A stretch of DNA of 58,294 nt from the IMG/VR virus record IMGVR_UViG_3300038379_000107, positions 1 to 58,294 of that record. One strand, 5' to 3'. The DNA is from a virus (lineage: Duplodnaviria; Caudoviricetes). The position numbers and the translations under genes were made by a program. This document shows, in pieces, positions 20,006 through 29,684 of the stretch. Within the stretch, counting starts at the first letter, position 1, and the number at the start of each line of letters is the position of its first letter. The notes beneath the pieces were generated by a model. That model did no database searches and was not told the origin of the DNA. It worked only from the letters and a program-made list of their open reading frames with translations.

Positions 20006-22527
20006 TAACCGGCTCCGGTAACGGCGATCTCATTGATGACGGGGCGGCTTTCGCCGGAAGAACCATCGAACCTGAATTGGAAGGAGTAGTCAAGGGGAGC
20101 ATCCTTCTCCTTCTGGGCATCGAGATTTTCCTTGACTACTCCCATGCTCGTAGACATATCCAGGGCGATCTGCTTGGTGGATACGGTGCGACTCTTGCTG
20201 GCCGCCCCCCAGGTGGCACGAGCGGCAACCATCGTAGCTGGAGAGGCCAGGCCATCCTTGTAGATGGTAAGCGTAGCATAGAGTGGTGTGGACGAGTTGG
20301 GATCAACGTAGGCTGCCATGCTGATGGGTTGCTGACCTTCCATCATGTCGGCATCGAACGCGCCCGTTACCAGCTTGTACTTGATGCCTCCCAACTGAAC
20401 CTTGTCTCCCTTTTGTGGCAGGATGTCCATTGGCGTGCCGAACTGAATCTCGGCTCCGTTCTGATAGGTGATGACGCGATCCGTGCCAGCCGACTGCCCG
20501 TTGACGATGACGGCAGGAACACCCAGGCACGTCTTGGGCTCCTCGGCGAGCGTCAGGGAGAAAGGTGAGTTGACCGACTCGATCTCCAGCAGCGTTCCGC
20601 CCGCTTCGATCAAATCCAAAGACCCCGAATCAGCCGCAAGAATCTTGCTCTCACTCGTACCCAGAAGCGGTCGGCCCGTGATAGCCAGCGACATGCACGA
20701 TGCAGTAATCGGACGAGGATACTCCTCGATCCAGAATCTCTGCTTGCGATAATCGTAACAGATTGCGTGGCGTGGATAGAGGCTTCCTGCCAACGCAACG
20801 TACCACTTGATGGTCCCAATCTCTTGATGCACCACTGCATGCCACATACAGGTGTGCGCGTTCCAGTTGAGCCTAAGACCATCCGTGTCCTCCCTCCAGA
20901 GATCGGTAATCGGACCGCTCACCTGGGACGGGTTAGGCCCGCCCGTAAAAGCGTGAATACCTTCCCGGTCCAGCATGTAGCACGCCCCCTCGACAGTCAC
21001 GGCACAGGACTGGTTGATGCAGCCGCGCCCCTTGCAAGCCGGATAGATTTCGCCGTCGATGGCCGGGTCTTCACTGAAGCTGAAGCGATAGATGTTGCGA
21101 GTCTTGAGGACGTAGAGGGCGTCGCCATAGACCACAAGCCCCGTAGGAATGTCGCCATCCTGGGGCAAAAGGGCGGAAGCCGTGGTCGGCCACGCTTCCG
21201 GCCCGGAGAGATCGCTCCAGCGAACCAGCATCTTTTCGGCAGGATAGCTCTCGATGTTGTAGATGGCGAAGTTGTCGGTTGCCCCCTGGTAAGGGCGTTC
21301 GATGGTGAGTTCCTGAGTAGCCGGGTCCACTTCGATAATGGTGTACTGGCTGTTGCCGCAAGTAAACAATCTGCCTACCATCGGAACCGACCATTGCGTC
21401 CCGATACCTTGCACCGTGGTTGACCCATTTGTCACTTGGCACGAACCGTCGTAGTAGTCGCGGAAGCCGATGGCGCTGATGCGGCTCTTGAACTCGGCCA
21501 TGTAGGGCTTGTCTGCCGGAGGCAACCCGTAGAGGTAGGGGATGGTGTAGCCATCCACGTCGGTAAAGGTGATGACATCCGAGAGGGCCAGTTGCGTATC
21601 GGACTTGCTGCTGGTGAATTCGGTACTAGCCAGATCGGTCGTCTCGATGTCCAGGTAGAAGTTCTGCACCTGTCCTGTGGTGTTCCTCCAGATTTGGCGT
21701 CTGACGATTCTGGGATCGGTCGGAACTTCAATGTTGGCGTAAGAGACATAAAGCTGGCTCGTGACAGTAGCAGGGGACGATATGGGTGAAGGATCGCTCA
21801 CATTGCCATCGTAATCCACCCAACGCTGGAAGCACTGGTACTGGCCGGAAATGGTGGAGCCGAAAGCTCTTCTGATAGTTGTGTCGTAGACTTCAACATC
21901 AAATACAAGATAGTCCCATTCTTCTCTTTGTGGATGTGGCGATGCTGGCGTGCGCTCTGGAGCCCAAGTGAAGCCATACATAAGGCGTTCAAACCGCAGT
22001 AAGGCACCAGGGCTGTATCCATAACCAGGAGGAAAATGAGGAGGAAAAAATATCTCATCGGGCAAGGGGACAATACGATCCTTATACTGATTGAACTGAG
22101 AAATTCTTGCGTTCAAGGACAAGCGACCTTGTTCAGTAAGACGCAAAGAAGAAAAGCCAGCAAAAAAGGTTTGCCTTGTTGATCGGACAGGTCCATATTG
22201 GGAAAAATCAAAATGAACAATCTTTGTGCCCACTCCCGCCGTGGAGCTATAGTCGCCATCTTGTAAAAGGCGGGGCACAACCAAAGGAGCGGGCACGCCT
22301 GCTTCGGTCAAGATGCGTTCCTTGCGCCGCATCCTGAGCATGGAACCCAAGCCCGTGGCTACGAGCAGCGTGCCGTTGGAAGCCTGAAGCATGGTCGCTG
22401 GGCAGCCGGAAGGCAGGAGGTCGGCAATGATTCCCTGGCGGCGAATGGACCCGACCGTGGAAATGCCGATGGTCGCTGATCCGCTGATCAGGACCGACAA
22501 CCCACCAGTGATGAGTAAAAACCGCAT
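20005..22527 (-). CDS. tail nozzle/stabilisation protein (P22 gp10/T7 gp12-like)
   Basis: 840 aa, beta-propeller-like (VRWS...PEAWP, GLVVYGDALYVLK, GCI); VTNGSTTVQG insert; podoviral position. Confidence 0.7.
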   Translation of the reverse strand: MRFLLITGGLSVLISGSATIGISTVGSIRRQGIIADLLPSGCPATMLQASNGTLLVATGLGSMLRMRRKERILTEAGVPAPLVVPRLLQDGDYSSTAGVGTKIVHFDFSQYGPVRSTRQTFFAGFSSLRLTEQGRLSLNARISQFNQYKDRIVPLPDEIFFPPHFPPGYGYSPGALLRFERLMYGFTWAPERTPASPHPQREEWDYLVFDVEVYDTTIRRAFGSTISGQYQCFQRWVDYDGNVSDPSPISSPATVTSQLYVSYANIEVPTDPRIVRRQIWRNTTGQVQNFYLDIETTDLASTEFTSSKSDTQLALSDVITFTDVDGYTIPYLYGLPPADKPYMAEFKSRISAIGFRDYYDGSCQVTNGSTTVQGIGTQWSVPMVGRLFTCGNSQYTIIEVDPATQELTIERPYQGATDNFAIYNIESYPAEKMLVRWSDLSGPEAWPTTASALLPQDGDIPTGLVVYGDALYVLKTRNIYRFSFSEDPAIDGEIYPACKGRGCINQSCAVTVEGACYMLDREGIHAFTGGPNPSQVSGPITDLWREDTDGLRLNWNAHTCMWHAVVHQEIGTIKWYVALAGSLYPRHAICYDYRKQRFWIEEYPRPITASCMSLAITGRPLLGTSESKILAADSGSLDLIEAGGTLLEIESVNSPFSLTLAEEPKTCLGVPAVIVNGQSAGTDRVITYQNGAEIQFGTPMDILPQKGDKVQLGGIKYKLVTGAFDADMMEGQQPISMAAYVDPNSSTPLYATLTIYKDGLASPATMVAARATWGAASKSRTVSTKQIALDMSTSMGVVKENLDAQKEKDAPLDYSFQFRFDGSSGESRPVINEIAVTGAG

Positions 22528-22536
22528 GCCCTACTC

Positions 22537-23205
22537 CTAGGCAGCCACGCCGACAATTTGGAAGGTATCGTCCGCCACGGGTACGAAGGCCAGATCGCTA
22601 CGCATGGTAAACAGCCCGCTGTTGCTGGTAAAGGACGATACCACCCTGGGAACCATGCTGGCGTTCTGTCCGCTGGTAAAGACGATGGCTCCGTTGCGGA
22701 AGCAATTGTCGGGATAGGTTGCTCCCGTCAGTCCTCCGGCAAAGGTGGAGATGGTAGGAGCGGGAAAAGCGGCAACCGTCGTGGTTCCCATGCCGTAGAG
22801 GAAGAGATTGGACTGTCGCGTGGCAGCCGTGGCCGATCCGGCTAGTTGGGTCACGTCGATCTGGAGGAAGTCGGTCCCGGCGATAAGCGAGTCGTAAATG
22901 TTAGCGGGATAGACGCAGTATTCCATCCTGACTGGCCTGGCCCCTGCTACATGCGTGTAGATGATTAATGGGCCAAGAGTATCCGTGTCGGTGGCATCCA
23001 GCACGGCAGAGTAGATGCCGCCTGAAATGTGCGTACCGCCACCAGAGTTCTTGTTGGCCAGCGTGGTAGCTCCTGCCTTGCCGAGTTTGATGTCGGTGTC
23101 GGCAATAGTCAGGCCGGTCTCGGCTGTGAACCCGTCTGTAGCGTCCACGAAGACCCCAAGAAAAATCTCCTGGCTGGCTGTTGCCAGCTTGAGTGGAATA
23201 GCCAT
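22537..23205 (-). CDS. tail appendage protein
   Basis: likely start MAIPLKLA at 23205 (TGATG coupling); DATDG.TAETGLTI and LDATDTDTLG motifs. Confidence 0.65.
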   Translation of the reverse strand: MAIPLKLATASQEIFLGVFVDATDGFTAETGLTIADTDIKLGKAGATTLANKNSGGGTHISGGIYSAVLDATDTDTLGPLIIYTHVAGARPVRMEYCVYPANIYDSLIAGTDFLQIDVTQLAGSATAATRQSNLFLYGMGTTTVAAFPAPTISTFAGGLTGATYPDNCFRNGAIVFTSGQNASMVPRVVSSFTSNSGLFTMRSDLAFVPVADDTFQIVGVAA

Positions 23206-23618
23206 CACTGACTCCTGGCGGTGATCGTGAATGTGAACTTGGAAAGGTTGCCAGCCTTGAACGCGCTGGTCCCTTCGGCAAAGTAACCCTGGATAGGCAA
23301 GTAGCCCGTGGCCGCTCCCTTGGTAGCTACTGAGGTGATGAAGTAGCCTACCACGCTGACATCGTTGTTGGGCGTGAAGTCGATGGTAATGGGGTTGTTC
23401 ATCACGCCTGCCGATGGGTCGCCCAGGGCTAGGATGGGACGGGTCGTTTCCGAGTAGTCTGTATATTCCGTCCAACCTGCGTGGGAAGCCATCGTGTCGG
23501 TGATGGCGAATCCGGTGAAGCTGGTCACGGATACCAGGCCGACATACCAGGTATTGACCTTGGACAGGTCGCCAATGTAGGTATCCAGGAAATTATTGAG
23601 CCCTTCGGTTGTGACCAC
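23205..23618 (-). CDS. small tail-fibre-associated protein
   Basis: WYVGL...DTMASHAGWTE motif; GAGGT RBS, GTG start. Confidence 0.65.
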   Translation of the reverse strand: MVTTEGLNNFLDTYIGDLSKVNTWYVGLVSVTSFTGFAITDTMASHAGWTEYTDYSETTRPILALGDPSAGVMNNPITIDFTPNNDVSVVGYFITSVATKGAATGYLPIQGYFAEGTSAFKAGNLSKFTFTITARSQ

Positions 23619-23620
23619 GC

Positions 23621-25096
23621 CTACCTCACAATTTGAGGTTTGTAACCAAGCTTGACATCGCCGTCTGCTTCGTGTGAGACTATCGCACGACCCAGGGGTC
23701 GGTCAATCTCAAGTAATCCTATCACGGGAGCGGTCCCCACACCACCCATGACCTCGAAGTAGGCTACGGAAGCATAAGCCACCGTTCCCACCGTGAAGCG
23801 AATCACCGCTCCGTACTGGCCGTCCTCGAAGTTGCCATCGAGCAACTGGGTGTAGCCAAAGATGTTCCTAGTTGGGTCGAGAACAGGTAGCTGGATGGAC
23901 AGGACATTAGTGGTTCCATCCAGCCAAAAGTCTACTGTGGGTACATCGTCAGGCTGATCGAGCAGTTGCCACTGGACCTGAAGATACTCTCCTCGTGCCA
24001 GCCTGCCCCAATACTGGCTATCCTGGTAGTTGACAGGCGGTGTCGGCCCATAGGGATGAGCGGTGGGAGCAAACAGGTAGATCGTGATGCCCTCGGCAAA
24101 AGCCGTGGCATCGGGAATGGAAGCCGTGGGAGCTGTGAGCGTGATTGCGCCGGGCGTGGAGGCTGTGGCGGTTGCGCTGGTGGAAGCGGTAGCCGTGGGA
24201 GCAGTGAGGGTGATCGTACCGGGAGACGTGCCCGTGCCTGTATCGTTGGTGGAAACAAAGGCGTTGGCAGTGGGAGCAGTGAGGGTGATCGTTCCTGGAG
24301 AGGAGCCTTCGGCAGTGATACTGGGATCGACGGAAGGACCGACCCGCCACAGGTACGTCTTGGGCATGAGAGTCGGAAAGCCCTGCAAGGCTTCCTCGTA
24401 CTCCATCGCCATCATGCTGTCAGGCTGCTTGCGGTTCCAAACCAGGATGTCGCCAACAACACCGTTCATGTTGTTGGCCCCGCCCGACGTGTTGTTGGCA
24501 AAGTCGATGGCCTGGGCTGAACCGGGGGCAGCCGGGGTGATCGAATCGGTCCCCGCCAACTTACCGTTGATCCAGATGGAGATGGCCCCGCCGCCATCGC
24601 TGGCGTAGGCGATCCGATACCACACGCCTGTTACAAGCGTCTGGTTGAGGGCAATCGCCCCGCTATCCACGTTCCAGCAGAAGACGCGGGCCGCATTAGT
24701 GGACGGCGCGCCTGTTCCTACACGCAGGGAGGTATTGGCATTGGTCGTATCGGTGATGCAGCCTAGATTGGGAAACGCCCCGAACTTGCACCACATGGAG
24801 ATGGTGAGGTCGGCAATGATTCCGTAAGTGCCGGAATTCCAGATGCCGCTTTCGATTCGGGCGATCTGCGTGGAAGAGGCGCGGCCTGCATGCCCACTGG
24901 TAGGACCATCGGGACCGTAGAGAAGGTTCCGCGAGGTCTGGGACATATTGTAGCGTCCCAGCATATCGCGGGTATTGCTGTCATTGATGAAGGGGGGAAT
25001 GAAGCGATACGCACTGATCAGACCGACAGCCAAAGGATGGTTTAGCTGGACTGAATCAGCATAACGAATTGACCTGCCAATGAAGTTAGAAAGCAT
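23621..25096 (-). CDS. LamG/ConA-like domain receptor-binding protein
   Basis: LTISMW, GVWYRIA, IWING and MNGVVGDILVWNR LamG pattern; (S/T)PGxITLTAPTA repeats. Confidence 0.75.
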   Translation of the reverse strand: MLSNFIGRSIRYADSVQLNHPLAVGLISAYRFIPPFINDSNTRDMLGRYNMSQTSRNLLYGPDGPTSGHAGRASSTQIARIESGIWNSGTYGIIADLTISMWCKFGAFPNLGCITDTTNANTSLRVGTGAPSTNAARVFCWNVDSGAIALNQTLVTGVWYRIAYASDGGGAISIWINGKLAGTDSITPAAPGSAQAIDFANNTSGGANNMNGVVGDILVWNRKQPDSMMAMEYEEALQGFPTLMPKTYLWRVGPSVDPSITAEGSSPGTITLTAPTANAFVSTNDTGTGTSPGTITLTAPTATASTSATATASTPGAITLTAPTASIPDATAFAEGITIYLFAPTAHPYGPTPPVNYQDSQYWGRLARGEYLQVQWQLLDQPDDVPTVDFWLDGTTNVLSIQLPVLDPTRNIFGYTQLLDGNFEDGQYGAVIRFTVGTVAYASVAYFEVMGGVGTAPVIGLLEIDRPLGRAIVSHEADGDVKLGYKPQIVR

Positions 25097-25097
25097 G

Positions 25098-25601
25098 TCA
25101 TGCTATTATGGTTGCGTAAACGCCGGTGACGTAGACCGTGTGGTTGCCAGGCGTGGCGTGCAAGGCGGCTACGGTATTATGCGTGACGAACACGACGAAC
25201 TTCTTAGGCAGCGATCCGCCAAAGCAGGCTGCTACCGAGATCGGGCCAAACGGATAGCCTACGTCGGAAGTGTTGGTGACGGTAATGTCGGCAGCCACCT
25301 TGCAGATCGAGTTCTTGATGCCGGTGTTGGTGACTGTTTCTGCCGAGTCGGTTCCGTCGAACACGTCAGGCCAGGTCGAGTCCTCCATGATGCCTACCAC
25401 GCACACCTGAATATGGGTAGCATCAGTCGGGCTGGTTCCTACCGTGATCTTGCCTGCCAACAAGTAGTCCAGGTACAGATTGGACGTGTTGTCGATGAGG
25501 GTTGATTCTCGGCCAGCGACGAAGGTAGCCGACGATGCCAGGCTTGCTGGCGAGATCGTGACTGCTGCACTGGCTGCGTAGGCAATCTTATAGCTGGCCA
25601 T
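25098..25601 (-). CDS. small beta-rich virion protein
   Basis: ASLASS...RES..IDNT.NLYLD motif; directly upstream of the LamG gene. Confidence 0.65.
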   Translation of the reverse strand: MASYKIAYAASAAVTISPASLASSATFVAGRESTLIDNTSNLYLDYLLAGKITVGTSPTDATHIQVCVVGIMEDSTWPDVFDGTDSAETVTNTGIKNSICKVAADITVTNTSDVGYPFGPISVAACFGGSLPKKFVVFVTHNTVAALHATPGNHTVYVTGVYATIIA

Positions 25602-25602
25602 G

Positions 25603-26022
25603 TTAGTTCTGATACCTCAACGGCCCAGTGAAGTCGAGTGTGAACGTGCCGCCCGTGGTAGTCTTGTCGGACACGAAGTCGAAGTAGCAGACCAGTTCGT
25701 CTGCTGACGCTGCCCCACCCCGTCGCTTGTAGATGACAGCGGCCCTGGCCGTGATGGTGGAGGATGGCCAGGTAACGTCAGTGAAGGAAACGTCAAACCG
25801 ATCATTGGCGGTATCAAGTGCCGTGGTGACGGTGACGGCCTGCCCACCTGCCGTATAACCCGTGCCAGATACTTCGTTGGTGACATTGGAACGCTTGGTA
25901 TGCGTGTCCTTGTCTGGAGTGTAGGTGGAGGTAACGAGCATGACGTAGAACGTGTCGCTATCAAAGTCGATGCGCCCTTCGTTCACGTCCTCCATCATGC
26001 TGTTATAGATAAGATTGGCGAT
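25603..26022 (-). CDS. small tail protein (paralog of 30635..31063), probable ATC start
   Basis: DFDSDTF.VML, TNEVSGTGYTAGG and ITARAAVIY; GGAGGT precedes ATC-GCC-AAT-CTT. Confidence 0.7.
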   Translation of the reverse strand: MANLIYNSMMEDVNEGRIDFDSDTFYVMLVTSTYTPDKDTHTKRSNVTNEVSGTGYTAGGQAVTVTTALDTANDRFDVSFTDVTWPSSTITARAAVIYKRRGGAASADELVCYFDFVSDKTTTGGTFTLDFTGPLRYQN

Positions 26023-26032
26023 GACCCACCTC

Positions 26033-26347
26033 CTAGTAGATCGACAGGCTGAAGACCTTCTGGCGTTCGGTCACAGATGTTTCCCAGGAGACGACTACCT
26101 GGTAGTTCGAGCCCCTGGCAAACGATCCGCTCACGGAGAAGCTGACCTTGTAGCATCCAGTCAGGTTGCCTGTGTCGAAGGCCGTTGCCGTTCCGGTCGC
26201 CTTGGGAACCTGGCTATCGGAGCCATAGACTCTGAAGGTGGGCAGGGCGTCGGCTGAAGCAGGAACGCCCGAAGCGTTCTCGACCTGAACCAGTCCCCAT
26301 GCCGTTCCGCTTAATGGGAAGAACCCCCAGAACATCATGTACTCCAA
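26033..26347 (-). CDS. small Ig-like virion protein
   Basis: DALPTFRVY...TGCY...Y.VVV.W beta pattern. Confidence 0.55.
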   Translation of the reverse strand: MEYMMFWGFFPLSGTAWGLVQVENASGVPASADALPTFRVYGSDSQVPKATGTATAFDTGNLTGCYKVSFSVSGSFARGSNYQVVVSWETSVTERQKVFSLSIY

Positions 26348-26399
26348 AGCGAATCTGCACTAAGTTGTATCTTGCCCAAAACGGCCTGTCAATTGCAGA

Positions 26400-26585
26400 T
26401 CACTCCAGGAATTCAGTCTCCACTTCCAGGAGTCCGCCTCGTGTGGTCAGTGAGCCGACCTGCTTGGAAAAAATGTTGACTTCCTCAACCATCCCCCCTG
26501 GAGGGCAATCGGAGTGGTCGATGTCGGATACCAGGCCCAGGAAGTCCTTCATGACCAGGACGCGCTTGTGTGGTTCTTGATCCAT
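26400..26585 (-). CDS. 61-aa protein resembling a nozzle N-terminal segment
   Basis: DFLGL..D....PPGG..EEVNI....GSLTTRGG; TAATG-coupled to the upstream gene. Confidence 0.55.
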   Translation of the reverse strand: MDQEPHKRVLVMKDFLGLVSDIDHSDCPPGGMVEEVNIFSKQVGSLTTRGGLLEVETEFLE

Positions 26586-26899
26586 TAGACATTGTCCTCT
26601 GGGTTGGGCAAGACGACCACAACCGCCACCGTGCTACGCAGCATAGTAGTCGCCCCGCTGTAGGCTACCACCTGGACCAGATAGCTCCCTGCCGTAGGGA
26701 ACATGGCCGCTGTGGTGCTGATTTGGGCCGACTGGACGTTGGCGGGCACGGCTGCCGTCATGGAGAACGTACCAACCAGAACGTGAGCGTCCGTGTAAAT
26801 GTGCAACTTGAGCGTGTAGGGAACAGCGGCCCAGTCGATACCCAGGTTGGGAGTGGTAATGAGCCGTCCAACCTCTCCAGCCTGGATGTTTCTGCTCAT
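26585..26899 (-). CDS. small Ig-like (BppU-N-like) virion protein
   Basis: FPTAGSYLVQV motif; ATGA coupling. Confidence 0.55.
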   Translation of the reverse strand: MSRNIQAGEVGRLITTPNLGIDWAAVPYTLKLHIYTDAHVLVGTFSMTAAVPANVQSAQISTTAAMFPTAGSYLVQVVAYSGATTMLRSTVAVVVVLPNPEDNV

Positions 26900-27939
26900 G
26901 AGAAATGCACCGGAAGCTCGTGTTCGCTGTCCAACATTACATCGGTATCATATCCGCTGGTCATGGTCAAGTTCAGTGCGGTTGTCGAGGGGATAAGCAC
27001 GATCTCAGGAATCTCGTAGACCGATGCCATCTCAGCGTCATCCAGTTCATATTCCGACGTGATCGTAAAGCTGATCGGGTAGATCAGCGACACGTCGACG
27101 AACATAGGAGCCACGGTGACGGTGGGAGCGTAGGTCGTGATCAGCAGAATGGCCGGGGCAGGCGTAAAGAGCGGCGTGCCGATGACGACCGTGGGGGCGA
27201 ACGGTGTAATCGTCAGGGCGGCAGCAGTCGGCGTGACCAGTCTGGGCGTAAGGACGGTTGGCGCAAAGGGTGTGATGGTCAGCGTGGCGGTTGTGGGAAT
27301 GACAAATAGCCCGGCAACTACCGTGGGAGCAAAGGTGGTGATGGTCAGTGTTGCCGTGGCAGGCGTAACCAACCTGGGCGTACTGACCGTGGGGGCGAAA
27401 GTATTGATCGTCAACGCCGTGGTAGACGGCGTGATCTTGAGGTCGAGTTTGGGCGCAAATGTGGACAGCGTGAGTGTAGCTGTCGTGGGCGTGACCAGCC
27501 TGGGGGTCAGGACGGTTGGCGCGAAGGCGTTAATGGCCAGGGAAGCTGTGGGCGGCGTGACCCTGATGCCAATGACTACTGACGGAGCAAATGGCGTAAT
27601 CGTCAGCGTGGCGGTTGCAGGCGTGACTAAACGAGGCGTTAGTACCGTGGGAGCAAATGGCGTAATCGTCAGCGTAGCGACAGGCGGGACGATCTTGAGG
27701 TCAAGGACGGGCGCGAACGAAGTGATGGTCAGGGTCGCTGTGGTCGGCGTGACCAATCGCGGCGTGAGGATCGTAGGGGCGAATGTGGTGATCGTCAGGG
27801 TTGCCGTCGTGGGCGTAACCGTGGCGCTGCCCACCACGCTGAAGATGAATTTCCTCGCGGGACGAGGGTGCCATCTACGACGGAAGAATCTGGTAGACTT
27901 GGGATTGCGGCCAGTTAATCGCGCTCGTGTGTACGCCAA
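26896..27939 (-). CDS. Thr/Pro-rich repeat fibre/stalk protein
   Basis: about 11 copies of a 20-22-aa unit TPxTATLTITxFAPTV; Arg-rich N-terminus. Confidence 0.8.
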   Translation of the reverse strand: MAYTRARLTGRNPKSTRFFRRRWHPRPARKFIFSVVGSATVTPTTATLTITTFAPTILTPRLVTPTTATLTITSFAPVLDLKIVPPVATLTITPFAPTVLTPRLVTPATATLTITPFAPSVVIGIRVTPPTASLAINAFAPTVLTPRLVTPTTATLTLSTFAPKLDLKITPSTTALTINTFAPTVSTPRLVTPATATLTITTFAPTVVAGLFVIPTTATLTITPFAPTVLTPRLVTPTAAALTITPFAPTVVIGTPLFTPAPAILLITTYAPTVTVAPMFVDVSLIYPISFTITSEYELDDAEMASVYEIPEIVLIPSTTALNLTMTSGYDTDVMLDSEHELPVHFS

Positions 27940-28413
27940 TCAATTCAACTCCTCATAGATCAGAGTTCCACCCATTGATAGCGAATCGGTGGGAGCGGCA
28001 AGAAGGCGAACAACAATGGTCGTATTGGCTTCGCTGGCTTGTGGGCGAGCTTCAGGAGGATACCAAATCTCCAGCCCTTGCCTGGTATTGAAGTAATGCG
28101 TGTAGCAAACGACGGCAGTGCCAGTCGAGGCAATGGTGGTATTATTGATCTCGACAGTCGTGTCGCCCGCCGCCGTGTCATTGGGATTCATCGGCGTGGG
28201 CGTGGCCGTTGACCCGCCTGAGCCGGACGTTGCGTGTCCGCGAATGATTTGTACGCGCAAAATCTCTTCGGCAGCATCAGCCAGGTCGCTGTACTGGTAA
28301 AGCAAAATTCCATGAATAGCCACCGGCTTGTCGTCGGCGGGATCGACTTCAAAAAAGTCTTGTGCCGCTGTCACGGCCACGTTCTCGAAACTAACTGTAT
28401 AAATACGCCCCAT
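27940..28413 (-). CDS. small beta-rich virion protein
   Basis: likely start MGRIYTVSF at 28413 (GGAG RBS). Confidence 0.65.
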   Translation of the reverse strand: MGRIYTVSFENVAVTAAQDFFEVDPADDKPVAIHGILLYQYSDLADAAEEILRVQIIRGHATSGSGGSTATPTPMNPNDTAAGDTTVEINNTTIASTGTAVVCYTHYFNTRQGLEIWYPPEARPQASEANTTIVVRLLAAPTDSLSMGGTLIYEELN

Positions 28414-28415
28414 TG

Positions 28416-29684
28416 TTATCTCCCCATGAAATGCCGCATAGGATTGCGTCTGAATAAGAATGATGTAGGAGCAGCTCCACCCGATTCCGTGAACGCCACA
28501 ATCACCGATCCCCATGTACGTGATGCGGTCAGGTTGCCCGTGATCGAGGGCGTTCCAGCTTGAGCCACCTTGTAGTGGACGGCACACGACTGGTTGTCGT
28601 TGTTTTCGTCAATTTCCTGGGCCTGCGTGCCGTCATCGACTCCCATTGTGGTGCTGCTGCCGTCGTAACCAAAAATCAAGATCACCAAAGACGATCCACT
28701 CACGGAGACCGATCCATCTGGCAACTGGGAATTACCAGTTTTGTCGTCGGCTACAACGGTAGGGCTTGCAGCAACCCCATCCCATTCTTGCGCGCCCAGT
28801 GAATTACTGTCGCCTTCGTCAACGTGAGAGATGGTGTGTGAACTTCCGCGTGTGCCCCCGATATTGTAACTCAGGGCTAGCTTTGCATGCGATACGCCGC
28901 TGCTCGAAAAATACACTTCGCCGTTGGTTGGTTCGGTATATGTGTTCGATTTGTTATCGGTGCATGGATTGATGTCAACTGATGCCTCTCCATGCCATGA
29001 TCCGGCGGTCCCCGTAATAAGACTCCCGTTAGTAGTAGTGCGAGAGCCGGTTGTTAGCGCGCCAGCGCCTTCGGCAGCCGCGAACGTCCCCAAGAGCGAT
29101 GCCGAACGCTGGCCAATTGGTGCAGGTGGGGCAGGCTTGCGGAGAATGTTGCTCTCTACTGAGTAGCCGACTGCTGAAGAGGTTGTGACAGTGATTCGAT
29201 ACCTGCCCTCAAGAGCAAGCTGATGGTAAACCGCCGTGTCTTCATTGACCATCGTGTGTGCGGTTCGCCAGCCCTTGCCCTGTACAACGTCGTCGCGGTA
29301 AACCTGCTCTATGATGTTGAGCGTGAGATGATCCCGCCAGGGCAGTCCGGTTGACTTCTTGACCGCTTGCAGATTGGCCTGCAAGTCCTCGGTGGACATA
29401 CCCGCCAACGTCCACCACTCCACGCCATCCAAAGACTGCTCGACATTAAGAGAAAACGTCACGCCCGCGCCGATGCCAACTGGATTAAAACGAACCAAGA
29501 CTTCGACGCGGTTCAGTTCACCGGGCGGGTTGGCTTCATAGACCTGTGTGCCTGTCCGCACCATGTACGGATGCGTCTCGAACTTCCCCGCATTGCCAAA
29601 GAACCAGTCTCGGCTGATGGCTCCAAGTGGGCCACTAGCTCGACAGTGTGCCGGGTTGTGTGCAAACCCAAGCCGCTTCATCAC
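28416..29684 (-). CDS. putative adhesin/receptor-binding protein
   Basis: S/T/G-rich beta C-domain (TDNKSNTYT, QEWDGV); Arg-rich C-terminal peptide. Confidence 0.6.
   Translation of the reverse strand: MMKRLGFAHNPAHCRASGPLGAISRDWFFGNAGKFETHPYMVRTGTQVYEANPPGELNRVEVLVRFNPVGIGAGVTFSLNVEQSLDGVEWWTLAGMSTEDLQANLQAVKKSTGLPWRDHLTLNIIEQVYRDDVVQGKGWRTAHTMVNEDTAVYHQLALEGRYRITVTTSSAVGYSVESNILRKPAPPAPIGQRSASLLGTFAAAEGAGALTTGSRTTTNGSLITGTAGSWHGEASVDINPCTDNKSNTYTEPTNGEVYFSSSGVSHAKLALSYNIGGTRGSSHTISHVDEGDSNSLGAQEWDGVAASPTVVADDKTGNSQLPDGSVSVSGSSLVILIFGYDGSSTTMGVDDGTQAQEIDENNDNQSCAVHYKVAQAGTPSITGNLTASRTWGSVIVAFTESGGAAPTSFLFRRNPMRHFMGR

Noticed and set aside
27137-27958. 273-aa Val-rich + strand ORF
   Set aside because: It is the antisense shadow of the Thr/Pro repeat gene.
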